Program-made: the position numbers and the translations under genes
Shown here: piece by piece, positions 50,576 through 62,500 of the stretch
Layout of the letters: each line of letters starts with the position of its first letter
Position numbering within the stretch: the stretch's first letter is position 1
Notes under the pieces: model-generated
The model's database searches: none
What the model saw: the letters and a program-made list of their open reading frames with translations, nothing else
What the model was told of the DNA's origin: nothing
Origin: Phaeosaccion multiseriatum
Lineage: Eukaryota > Protista > Ochrophyta, other classes
Direction: 5' to 3'
Assembly: GCA_965112735.1 (NCBI GenBank)
Contig: OZ218952.1
Location: forward strand, 3,844,001-3,908,000
DNA length: 64,000 bases

Positions 50576-53500
50576 ACACTCGAACACGACTCCATCACCA
50601 TCCCAACGATAGGGTGTGCACACGGGAGACTCCATCGTGGTGGCTCCCTCCCAGACGCTCACCAACTCCGAGTACTTCAAGCTTAGAAAGACCGCCCTCA
50701 AGGTAAGCGAGTGGGCGGGTGGGTCACTGACTTATGGCCTGGCCAAGTGGCTGGCTGACTGACTGGCTGACGACTCATGGACTCCCTGACCAACTCACAC
50801 CAACTCACCAACTGCCGGCCTGCCCATACACCTTCTTGACTGCCTCGCAAAAAAAAGGTGGTGAGGCATCTCGGGGTGGTGGGTGAGTGCAACATTCAGT
50901 ACGCGCTCAACCCTACCAACGAGGACTTTTGCATCATCGAGGTGAACGCCAGGCTCTCTAGGTAAGAGACAAGGGTGTGTGTGTGTGGGGGGATGCGTGC
51001 GTGTGTGAGAGTGTGTGTGGGGGTGTTGACGTAAGCATGGGCGTGTGCGCCGGAGTGCGTGTGTGTGTGTGTGGGTGGGTGAGTGAGTGAGTGAGTGAGT
51101 GAGTGAGTGAGTGACTAACCCACCCGTACCCAACCCCCATCACCATCCCACCCCATCCAACGACACCCCCCAGGTCGTCTGCTCTGGCATCCAAGGCCAC
51201 GGGCTACCCCCTCGCCTACGTGGCGGCCAAACTGGCACTGGGCATTGACCTCGTGTCGATCCGCAACAGCGTGACCAAGAGCACGACGGCCTGCTTCGAA
51301 CCGTCCCTGGACTACTGCGTTGTCAAGGTGAGCCTTACCCTTGGAGAGTGTTGACGTTGAACCTTATATTAAGTGGCCTTGACCCCTTTTTAACACCACA
51401 TCCAGTCGTCGACACGAATCCTCTACTTGGTCGAGGTGTTGTGTGTATTAACAGAAGGCCTTCAACCCTTGACCCGCGTTGTGACTCCAGACTACCCCTT
51501 GGAGAACCTCATACAAGCTCAACAGAAACCCTTCCCCCCTTCCCCTTAATCCTTATCACTAACCGTTGGCACCACCTACGTACGGTTGCCAGATGCCCCG
51601 CTGGGACCTCAAGAAGTTCAGCAGAGGCATTTAACCCTCTGAACACTAACCATTTTCCCTCCCCTTTACACTACCCTACCTACCGTTGCCAGATGCCTCG
51701 CTGGGACCTCAAGAAGTTCAACAGGGTGTCCACGAAGCTCGGTAGCAGCATGACCAGCGTCGGAGAGGTGAGTGGGAAGGGAGGAGGGAGGAGGTTGAGT
51801 GTGTCAAGAGGGTGTGTGTGTGTGGGTTGCGTGTTTTGTGTGTGTGTAGATCTCGAATCGTACGTGATGGAAACTGAAGCTGCTTCTTGTGTACACTGCA
51901 TTGACACTGAAACCGCGGCGCATCACCTTGCCATGTCCTCACGAAGCACACACCCGTCCTCCCCTCCCCTCCCCTCCCCTCCCCTCCCTCTTCATAGGTG
52001 ATGAGCATCGGGCGAACCTTCGAGGAGGCAATGCAGAAGGCCGTGCGCATGGTCAATCCCGAGAGAGACGGCCTGGAGGGGTCCTGGACCAAGGGCAGCA
52101 CCCTGTCTTGGGAGGATCAGGTGGGTGGGTGGGTGGTTGTGCTTACCCTGGAGACGTCCTGGCACTCTTCTGATACCTCACCCTCGTCCTGACACCGGGT
52201 ACCTCACGCCTTATGTTCGTCCTGACACCTGATACTTTGCGCACCTCACAGTTTTTCTGATAGGCTGATGCCTCACACCCTGACCCTCACATCCCAACAC
52301 CTCGTCCTCTGCATGTCCTGACACCTGGTCCTCTGCATGTCCTGGACACCTCTCCTCAAACCCCTCTCCCCCCCTCGCGCGTCACGCCTGTCCTGACGCC
52401 CCTCGGACCCCTCACATCATCACACAACAGGTTGGCTTACCCACCGACCTGCGGCTCTTCGCCGTGCAAATGGCCCTCGAGGAAGGACACTCCATACAGG
52501 AAGTGCACGACGTGAGCAAGATCGACAAGTGGTTCCTCAGCAAGCTCGAGCTCATCTCAAACCTCAAGCGAGCAGCCACCAAGATTGGCTCCTTGCCGGC
52601 GCTGCCCGACGTGAGCCTGCGCACCATGAAGTGTGCGGGGTTCAGCGACCGTCAGATTGCCACCTACACGGGCAGCGAGGAGGCGGTGGTGAGGGAGAAG
52701 AGGGAGGCGGCGGGCATTCGGCCCTTTGTCAAACAGATTGACACCCTCGCGGCGGAGTTTCCGGCCGCCACCAACTACCTGTACCTCACATACGCCGCCA
52801 GGTAAGAGTACGTAAGAGGAAGTACGTACGTATTGCGTACGTAAGTGGGTGCGTAGGGTTACGTAAGAGAATGTGACGGCTGCGTAGGTGATGTTACGGA
52901 AGATGAAAGGGGGCCCTCCCCTTCGGAGGGGGGCGACTTTTTGCTCATATTTGTTTGTGCTCTTCGCGTTTCTCGCCGACGTTTCTGACTTGTTGCGTGT
53001 TGCTTTGCGTGTGTGTTTCCCCCTCGCTCCCTCCCTCCTCTCGCTCTCCCTCCCCATCCACTGCCATCCCTCCCCTCCCCTTCTCCTCTCCAGTGAGGAC
53101 GACATGGTGAAGGAGGACAAGGCCGTGATGGTGCTCGGCTGCGGGGCGTACTGCATCGGTTCCTCCGTGGAGTTCGACTGGTGTGCGGTGTCGTGCGTCA
53201 GGCAGATTAGGGCCATGGGTTTCAAGGCCATTGTGGTCAACTACAACCCGGTGAGTAGGTGTGGAGGAGGAGGGGTAAGAGGAAGGAATGGGAAAGGAGG
53301 GAATGTATAGGAAGAGGCGGTGGTCGTGTGCCTGCATGAGCTGACGTTGTTCCATCTTTCCCTTTCATCCCTCCCTCCTTCCCTCCCTCCCCTCTCCTCC
53401 CCTCCTCCCCTCCCTATACCCACACCCACCCCTGACAGGAGACCGTGTCGACAGACTACGACGAGAGCGACCGTCTCTACTTCGAGGAGCTGACCCACGA

Positions 53501-56500
53501 GCGCGTGTTGGACATCTACAACTTTGAAGCCGCTGCGGGAGTCGTCGTCTCTGTGGGGGGGCAGATCCCCAACAACTTGGCCGGGCCCCTCAACAACAGG
53601 TGAGGGAGTTGGTGATACAGAGGGAGTGAGGGAGGGGGGGAGGAGGGAAGGGAGGGGAGCGATAGTGAAGGGATAGAGAAAGGATAAGAGCACCATTGGG
53701 CGGTCAAAAACCCGAACCCCGACCAGCACTACCCGTGACCAGTGCAAGCCCCCCCTCTCGGCCCTCCCCTCCCCGACCCGACCCTCCCCGACCCGCCCCC
53801 CCCCCCCCACCAGCGGCGTGCACGTGTACGGCACCCACCCCGACAACATCGACCGCGCCGAGGACCGCGACAAGTTCAGTGCCATGCTCGATGGATTAGG
53901 TGTTGATCAGCCGGCCTGGGCTGCGCTCAAGTCCATTCCCGAGGCCATGGAGTTTGCGAGGAAGGTGGAGTTCCCGGTGCTGGTGAGTGAGAGGGGGAGG
54001 GAGGGAGGGAGGGAGGGAGGGAGGGAGGGAGGGAGGGAGGGAGGAGGAGATGGAGGGAGGAGGAGGAGGAGGAGGAGGAGGAGGAGGAGGACGGAAATTG
54101 GTCACATCGTAAGACGATGCAAAGCACACGGGCGCAGCAAGCAAACCCAATGCATGGCTGACCTACTTGCTCATTCCCCCTCCCTCTCCCCCGCCCCTAC
54201 CCTCCCCCCTCCTTACCCCCCACACAACCCACACCCCGCACCCTCCCTTCCCCCCCCCACAACCCTACTTCACCCCATCCCACCCAGGTGCGCCCCTCCT
54301 TCGTACTGTCCGGAGCCGCCATGGCCGTGGCGTCCAACGAGAAGGAGCTGAACGAGTTCCTGCTGAACGCAGGAGAGGTGGCGCAGGACAAGCCCGTGGT
54401 CATCTCCAAGTTCATTATGGACGCCAAGGAGATTGAGTTTGATGGGGTGGCGAGGAAGGGCGTGATTCTCAACTACGCAATCTCCGAGCACGTTGAGAAT
54501 GCAGGTACATACATTCCCATTGTTTCTTTACACTGACGAGTTGAGGGGGAGGGGGGGGGGGGGGGGTGAGTGTATTGTTCTTCTTCTTCTTCTTCTTCTC
54601 AAGTGTAGCGTGTTTTTCGTGACGCAGTCGGTCAAATCAGAAGTCAGCTTCGGTTTCAGTCCAGTCGGTCGGGTTCGTTTCACCATGCCTAGCTCTCTCG
54701 ACTCTTAGGAACCCCACTGTCCTGACACCCTCACTGTCCTGACACCCTCACTGTCCTGACACCCCCACTGGCCTGACCCCTCGTCCTCCCCCTCTCCAGG
54801 CGTGCACTCCGGAGACGCCACTCTCCTGCTGCCCGCGCAGAAGCTGTGGGTGGAGACGATCCGCCGCGTGAAGCGTGTGGCCGGGGCCATCGTGGAGGCG
54901 CTGCAAATATCAGGCCCCTTCAACATTCAGCTCATGGCCAAGGAGCAGGAGATCAAGGTGGGTGCATGGGTGGGTGGGTAGTATGTCAATGGGTGGGTTG
55001 GTGAGTTGGTGGGTGTGTTGGGTCCGGCTTACTGTCTGTCAACCAACACTGGACTGCACAAGCCGTTGTTGGTGGCTTGTTGGTTATACACACATACACA
55101 ACTCAAACACACGCACCCCCCCCCCCCCCCCCTCCACACACACGCACACACACGCAGGTGATTGAGTGCAACTTGCGAGCGTCGCGTACCTTCCCCTTCA
55201 TCTCCAAGACGCTTGACGCCAACTTCATCACCCTCGCCACCAAAGTGAGTGATTGATTGATTCGAGTGATTCATTCATGCATTTGACCGATGCTCTCATC
55301 ACCTGCCGTGTGACGGGTCTGTAATCGGTCGTTGTATGTCGTGAATCAAGGCCTGCGGCATGTCTAGCTCGCTCTTTCCCCCCTCCCTCTCCTTCTCCTC
55401 CTCCTTCTAGTCTCTCTCCCTGACCCTCTCTCTCCTCTCCCTCTCCCTCCCCCCCCCCTCCTCCCTCTGCACCCGCCCCTCCCCCCTCCTCCCCCTCCTC
55501 CCTCTCGTCCCATCTACAGGTGATGCTCGGCGTGTCTTCCGTCAAGGCCTACGACATCTCCCTGCTGGACATTGACTATGTCGCCGTCAAGGCGCCCATG
55601 TTCAGCTTCACTCGCCTCAGAGGCGCCGATCCCACTCTGGGAGTCGAAATGTCTTCCACCGGAGAGGTGGCGTGCTTTGGTCGCGACTCACACGAGGCCT
55701 TCTTGTACGCGCTGCGCAGTACGGGTTTCACCCTGCCCAGCACGGAGAAGGTCAGTGCAGTTTGCAGTTCCAGTGCAGTGTGGTTGGTGGCTTGGCTTGG
55801 TTGGTTCGGCAGACGAGTCAGGCAGTCAGGCAGTCAGGCAGTCAGGCAGGCATTAAGTGACAATACGCCATTGATGGAGTCCCACTCCATCAGTCATGGA
55901 GCCATGGAGCCAATTGCCCTCAACCCTCTATTCTCTTCCCCGCCCTCTCCTCCTCTCTCTGTATCTGTTTCCCCCCCTTTCTCTCTCTCTTCCCCGCCTC
56001 CCCCCCTCTCTGCCCCCCACCCTCCCCCCTTCTCTCTCCCCCTCCGATCTCTCTCTCTCTCTTTTTCTCTCATGACTATCGAGCAGGAGATTATGATCTC
56101 CTTCGCCGAGGACCGTTACAGAAACGAGTTCCTCCCCTCCCTCAAGGGCTTCATATCTCTCGGCTTCAAGTTTGTCGCCACGGAGGGCACCGCGCAGTTC
56201 TACGCAGAAAAGGGCGTGCACATGAAGAGCATGGTCAAGCCGTCCAGGAGATCCAGCGAAGAGGGAGCAACAAATGGCAGCAACGGCGACGATGGTGATG
56301 TGGTGAGCTACCTCAAATCCGGTGCGGTCGGGCTGCTCATCAACGTACCTGAGGGCACCAAGAGGGAGGATGAGATTACTGCCGGTTACCTGATGCGGCG
56401 TGCGGCGGTGGACTTCGGGGTGAGTCTCGTCACCAACGTCAAGTGCGCCATCCTGCTGGCGGACTCTCTGGTGCGCAAGACGGATGAGAAGATGACGCCC

Positions 56501-56551
56501 AGGTGCATCGAGGAGTTCTACAGCGCGGCCCACAAGGAGGCAGGGCTCTAA
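44927..56551 (+). CDS. CPS: Glutamine-dependent carbamoyl-phosphate synthetase, fused GATase + synthetase + MGS domain, no DHOase/ATCase (~26 coding exons)
   Basis: [44 protein letters not shown] (catalytic Cys), [98 protein letters not shown]; GT-AG introns phase-consistent wherever checked. Confidence 0.97.
47600..47760 (+). repeat. 28-bp intronic minisatellite (GGGCATGGCAGAGGAGGAGGGAAAGACA) x5
   Basis: Read directly. Confidence 0.92.
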
Positions 56552-57074
56552 AAGCAGAGAGGCCTCTAGAGGGAGGGTGAGGGAGGGAGGGAAGGAGATA
56601 GATGGGCTGGCGCTGGCGCTCTCTCTCTCCCCTATGCTGCTGCAGCCACCCCCATGTGGTGTGGCTGGTTAGTTGGGTTGGTTACTTGGCTAGGGAGGGA
56701 TGGAGGGAGGGAGGATAGTTGTGTCGGTGGAGCAGTGAGGGAGGGCCAAGACTCGGGGTAGATAGTGCCGGTACGGAAACCCTCATTGTTGTGCGTTTGC
56801 GTGCGGCAGCACAGCGAGGGGAGGGGAGGGGGTTAAATGGATTGATGAAGGCATGAATGCTTTGGGTGGGCGGAGGGGCATTGTTCTCGTTCGACTTTTC
56901 AAGTTGGGTGTAGAGATGAGAAGGAGTCTAGGAGGTAGGGTAATTGTGAAACACTTTACCATTACGTAAACTAATGTAGTAGTGTGGATAGGATGGAAGT
57001 TGTTGGGCGGGTGGTGGGCCTGTGACAGGAAAGCTGCGACCAAACTAAACCCCCGATAAATTATATTGATGCCG

Positions 57075-57722
57075 ATTTTTTTTACTTTTCTCCTTTATTG
57101 TTCCCTTTACTACTGTAGTAAATAAGGCAAACTTTTTAACTTTTCTCTCAGCTCAAACTTGCTCGGTCCAGAGGAGGTGAGATCAACGTCATCACAGGCC
57201 GAGGCCGAGGCAGTGAGGGCGGCGTCAGCGTTCTCAAGCTCACGGTGCTGGCCTACTTGCAGGAGAGACAGGGCGTCGAAGCATGTGAAGACGAACACAA
57301 CCCGGGGATGGTGGTGATGCGGGTTGGTGGAGGAGGGCAGTAAGGGATGGAATTCTGGCTTGCTACCTCTTTCACTCACGTCTTCCTCACGCACTCGTCC
57401 CCCACACACCCATAAGTCAATGAACGTCCCTCACGCACTCAGCACTCAGCAGCAGCAGGGGCTTCCCTCCTCGCACGTGTGCGCTTCCAGCACAAGGCGC
57501 TTGGCGGTGGCCTGGCCCTCACAAATGGCGGTGACCTGGCCCTCACAAATGGCGGTGGCCTGGCCCTCACAGATCACTTGCTCTACTTGTACTCGAGCGA
57601 GGTCCTTGTGCACAGGACCATGGGATTATGGCGGATGGGGTTGTTGAGAGAGAGAGAGAGAGAGAGCATACATCACGCGTTGGTACTCCACCTGCGGAGT
57701 CTGAGAGAGGGTACGGAGGGAC
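57075..57722 (-). mobile_element. 3' end of the putative non-LTR retroelement, with AATAAA and short A-tail
   Basis: Inverted copy of 33300-33627 (three 24-bp repeats), continuing on the minus strand to ...AATAAAGGAGAAAAGTAAAAAAAA. Confidence 0.6.
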
Positions 57723-57724
57723 AA

Positions 57725-58070
57725 ATGCGTTATTGAGCTATCGCCGATAGCTGCGCTATTGGCACACGCATCAATAATAGCTGATGGCGTGCCGGCTGTT
57801 GCCGGTAATCGTGCCAGCTGCTGGCGCCGGCGCTAGCTGGTCCCTTTCGCGCCGGCTGACCCCGGCAATACACTAGGAGGCCAGCTCAATCATGTCTTCG
57901 AATGTCTGGTGGTCAGAGGCGCAATAGCTGAGGGGGGGGGGTCGGGGGAATAGCTGGTAGCGTGCCTGCTGCTGCTGGCGCCGGCAATAGCTGGTAGCGG
58001 TGGCTGCCAGCGAATAGTAGCTGATGGCGTGCAGGCTGACGCCCGCGTTATCGATAGCTCAATCGTGCAT
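57725..58070. mobile_element. Degenerate MITE-like element with ATAGCTG subterminal repeats
   Basis: ATTGAGCTATCG at 57732-57743 inverted at 58052-58063 (extendable to ATGC/GCAT); internal repeats TAGCTGATGGCGTGC x2 and GCTGCTGGCGCCGGC x2. Confidence 0.55.
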
Positions 58071-58215
58071 CAGGGGTCGAAGATAGGCGGGGCCCGTTCA
58101 GAGGAAGCGCTCAACGACACCAGAAACGACACCGGAAACGACACCGGAATGCGTATATTTTGTTGCTGCGTGGCTCATATGATACTGCGGGTGACGCGCC
58201 ACCCTGTGTGCTATT

Positions 58216-58278
58216 GAAGTGAAGTGAAGTGAAGTGAGTGAAGTGAAGTGAAGTGAAGTGAAGTGAAGTGAAGTGAAG
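58216..58278. repeat. (GAAGT)n pentanucleotide microsatellite
   Basis: Read directly. Confidence 0.95.
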
Positions 58279-58465
58279 CTGCTCGCATCCTGTTTCGCCA
58301 TCCTCACTCTCGCGGTCGTCTTCTCCTAGCTGCGGCACGAAGCAACTCTCGCCCTTATCGGGGCGGGCGCGCTTCCCCTTCCCATTCCAGCTTCTCCCTT
58401 CTCTTTGGTCCTAGCTAGCCTCTCTCGACACTGTAGCGTGGTCCCATCGCTACACTGCTATAACG

Positions 58466-59448
58466 CTACACACACCCCTCACTCCACACCGCGTCCACCA
58501 GAGGTGGAGTCATCACTGTTTCCGTGTCTGAGAGCGGTGAGCACCACACGTCCGAGGATGAGCGCGGGGAGGAAGAGCCACTACTGGTGCTGCTGTCACT
58601 ATAGCTGAAGCGCGTCTCCTCGTCGTCAAGCGGCGAGTAAGGGTGATATAGGGGGTGAGGGTGATGAAGAGCGCTGGGAGCGACCCCGACGCCCACCGGG
58701 GGCGCTGGTATTGGGGGTCGGTTGAGACGGGTGGAGACTCCACAGTGAGGCTCCGCTTCCTTCTCGTCTTCCTCCAGCCCTCCGCCTTGAAGCATCCGCA
58801 GTTGCCTGCTGCTGGACTGCCTGCCCGTCCTGAACGGGGGCGAGGGGGAGGTCTTGTTCTCCTTTTCCTTCTCGTCGTAGTTATCCTCGTCACTGCTCAT
58901 AGACAACGTCCCTGCGTCGTCGCTGCGGCTCTTCCAAACAGCAGCAACGACAGGCTGGGAAGGCTCCCGAGTGATGGACGAAGGGCGCAATGGCCCGCCA
59001 ACGATTCCTCCTCCGGGAAGGGGCCGCCCTGCTTCTTGCTTCCCAATCGGCATCTCTCCCTTGCCCTCCTTCCCCTTCACTTTCTCCTCCTCTCTCTCCT
59101 TCATCTCCTCGCTGTCCAATCCGGTCTGCTGAGGACCAACAACGCAGTCCCGTTCTGGCGGCCGCCGACTCGGCTCTTCCGACTCCCGAAGGACTCTGCT
59201 GGCAGGTCCGCGCTCTCCCTCGGAGGCGTCGGCCCGCTCCACCGACCCCACCGGCCCCGCATTTGCATTTACCCCTTCCTGCTGCTCGGGTCGCTGCTCC
59301 ATCTCACCCAATTCCTCACACGTCTCTTGCTCTCGTGACGATGCAGCGTCCGCCCACTCCCAGCATATTTCTTCTTCGTCGTCCTCGTCCTCATCCTCGT
59401 CCTCGGTCCCATCCTTCTGCTTCTCCTTGTCTTTCTCTGCCCCCTTCT

Positions 59449-59504
<56 letters not shown>

Positions 59505-62500
59505 TTCTCCTTCTCTGCTCGCTGCGTCTTCTCGTGGCCACCCTCATGCAGCTTGGCTGCTGGGAGCTGTTGGCGGGACTCTTTCAGCACGTCGTCGCCA
59601 TCTGTTTGAAGGAGAAGAGAGACCCTCTGGAGCTCCCCTCCTTGCTCTTCTCCGGTGGACGTCAGCGACACTCTGTGTCCCCCAGTGGGTCGCCATACGC
59701 CTCCTGCTGCTTCTCCTCCCCTGTGATGAGTGGCGTCCCGCTTGCCCCTCGCTGTCTCTCTCGTGCCTCGCCCCCCTCGTCGTGTAGGCTCCATACCCCT
59801 CCGTGCTACCCCCTCGGTGGTGCGATACCTTGTGGTGGAAGAAGACGCAAGACCACGCTGCTCGCTTGGACGGGCGCCTCCCTGCTGATTTCCTCCTTTC
59901 CCACCTCCCCTAACTCCTTCCCTTTGCCCCTTTCGGCCTAGGGCCTCTCCCCGGTCCGATGGCCCTTTTCCGGGCTCTTCCAATCCCCTGTTGTGTCCCC
60001 CTTTTCCTTCTCTTCCCCCTCCTCCCCCTCCTCCCCCTCCTCCTCCTCCTCCTCCTCCTCCTCCTCCTCCTCCTGCTGCTCCTCCTCCTCCTCCTCCTCC
60101 TCCTCCTCCTCCTCCTCCTCCTCCTCCTCCTCCTCCTCCTCCTCCTCCTCCTCCTCCTCCTCCTCCTCCTCCTCCTCCTCCTCCTCCTCCTCCTCCTCCT
60201 CCTCCTCCTCCTCCTCCTCCTCCTCCTCCTTTCCTCCCTGCCCTAGATGGCGGTAGTGGTGGATATTCTCCACTTCCATCCCCCCCTCCCCCGTCACTCC
60301 ATCTTCTACCACGTCCTCCTCCTCCTCCTCCTCCTCCTCCTCCTCCTCCTCCTCCTCCTCCTCCTCCTCCTCCTCCTCCTCCTCCTCCTCCTCCTCCTCC
60401 TCCTCCTCCTCCTCCTCTTCCTTCTTCTTCTTCCTCTTCCCCGTCTCCGTCTGAATACGAGCGGCGCGGCTTTTTCACTGTAACTTTGAGCCGCTTACGT
60501 CCAATCTGGCAGGTTTCGAGATCAAGCAGCCAAACAGACATCCATTACCGCGATCCAGCAAGTACCGCGTGCGTGCGTGGGTGCGTGCGTGCGTGCGTGC
60601 GCGAGACCAGCGGTGAGTAGCCATGGATGGGATGCGAGATGGGGCAAGAATGAGAGAGCCTTGAGGAACGAGAGAGAGAGAGAAAGCTATGCATGAGGCG
60701 ACAAGAGCTTCCGCTGCCTCTGTGAACTACAAGAGTGCATGTGGTATATACTATATCACACTGATGCACTCTCCCTGTCACAACGTTTCGCATTCTCCAC
60801 TTGCTTCAAGTACTTACCACAAAGCCGTTCATTGCATCCTTGGCAGCTTGGGCATGCTTTTCGTGCTCGAAGGACACGAAGCCGTAGCCCTTGCTCCTCC
60901 CGTCCACCTGTCATTCATATTCCCAAGCAGAGGAGAGAACAATGGAAGGAAAGTCAAGATGAGAGGCGTAGACGCGTCGACGTCATCTTGTACCGTCTCT
61001 TGTAGTCCACGGGGAGAATAAGGCACGAGCGACGCTCAAAGGGTCAGCGAGTCGAGCGAGGGATGATGGGAATTGCTTTACTTGTTGTTGTTCAATTCTC
61101 TTCTCCGCGCCTCGCTCCCGAGCCAACACTACACTACACACTGACCTTATCGACGGCGATCCTCGTGCTGATGACGGGCCCGAACTCGGCGAAGAGGTAA
61201 TAGAGCAACAGGTTGGAAACGTCCGACGGGATGTAGAACACGAACAGGTTGCTTCCGGGCGGGCCTGCGCTCATGCACCGCAGTCAGCAACGCAGTCAGG
61301 TGAATTAGAGAGCAAGCAAAGTCCGGTGCGGAGCGACAGGACAGTCAAACTTGAGTTCAGTGGTGGATGATGCATGCGGTGGAAAGTAAGCGTGTGATTT
61401 CATTGCCTTGCTTCTCACTTCCTAGCTGCGCCTCGCTTGCTTCGCTGCACCGCTTATCACCCCCTCCCCCCTGTGGTACCGCAGCACACACACACACACT
61501 CACACATGCTGCACACGCGCACACACAGACGCGCACACACGCACCTATCATGACGCTTTTGCTTGTTTGCAAGGGTGGGCCGGGGCAGCCCTTGGCCAGG
61601 GCGATGGCGGGGTCCCGGAGAGTGGTTAGGAAGGGGTGGTCGGCAGGGAAGTCGGCAAAGGAGGACAGCTCCGCGTCAAGCGGATCGACGAAGCTGTCCT
61701 GCGCCACCTCCTGAGAGCTCGCTGTGCTCTCGGCAGAGGAGAAGGACTCTGCTGGTCGGATAAAGCCCTCAGAGCTGTCTCCTCCTCCTCCTCCTCCTCC
61801 TCCTCCTCCTCCTCCTCCTCCTCCTCCTCCTCCTCCTCCTCCTCCTCCTCCTCCTCCTCCTCCTCCTCCTCCTCCACCTCCTCCTCCTCCACCTCCTCCT
61901 CCTCCACCACCTCCTCCTCCTCCACCTCCTCCTCCTCCTCCTCCTCCTCCTCCTCCTCCACCTCCTCCTCCTCCTCCTCCACCTCCTCCTCCACCTCCTC
62001 CTCCTGGTCCTCCTGGTCCTCCTGCCCACCACGCTTGCTGCTCGTCAGACTCTTCGAGAGAAGACAAGGACGACGCACCACCGCCGCTGCCCCAGCTATT
62101 GCTGCGCACACTGCGGTGCTCGCCTTCGGGGGAGGAGACGTTCCCCACCCTAGAGCCGTGCGTCGGTGACGAGCCATTGGCAGCAATCATCCGATTGTAA
62201 ACACCGTAGCCGTGGGGAGGACGAGGAGGCCGAGGACCATAGTACACCGGCCCGGATGGCACAGTATTGACCGAGTCTGGCCCCGTTCCGTGGGCATGTT
62301 GAACGCCTCCGCCCGCCGAGAGGTGGGCGTGGTGACCATGCCCAGTGTGGATGGTGGGCGATGGTGCGATTACGGGTACCGGGTATAGCGCGGCTTGATG
62401 GTTCTCAGTCAAGCCGGCTGTTGCTGCTGCTGTATCACCAACTCCTGCTGCTGGAGCCCTCCCCCCTGGACTGGCGCTGAAGCTGACACGATGGTGGGAC

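Noticed and set aside
56552-58400. Downstream DHOase/ATCase exons (CAD multienzyme)
   Set aside because: CPS stops at 56551 and no such motifs are seen downstream.
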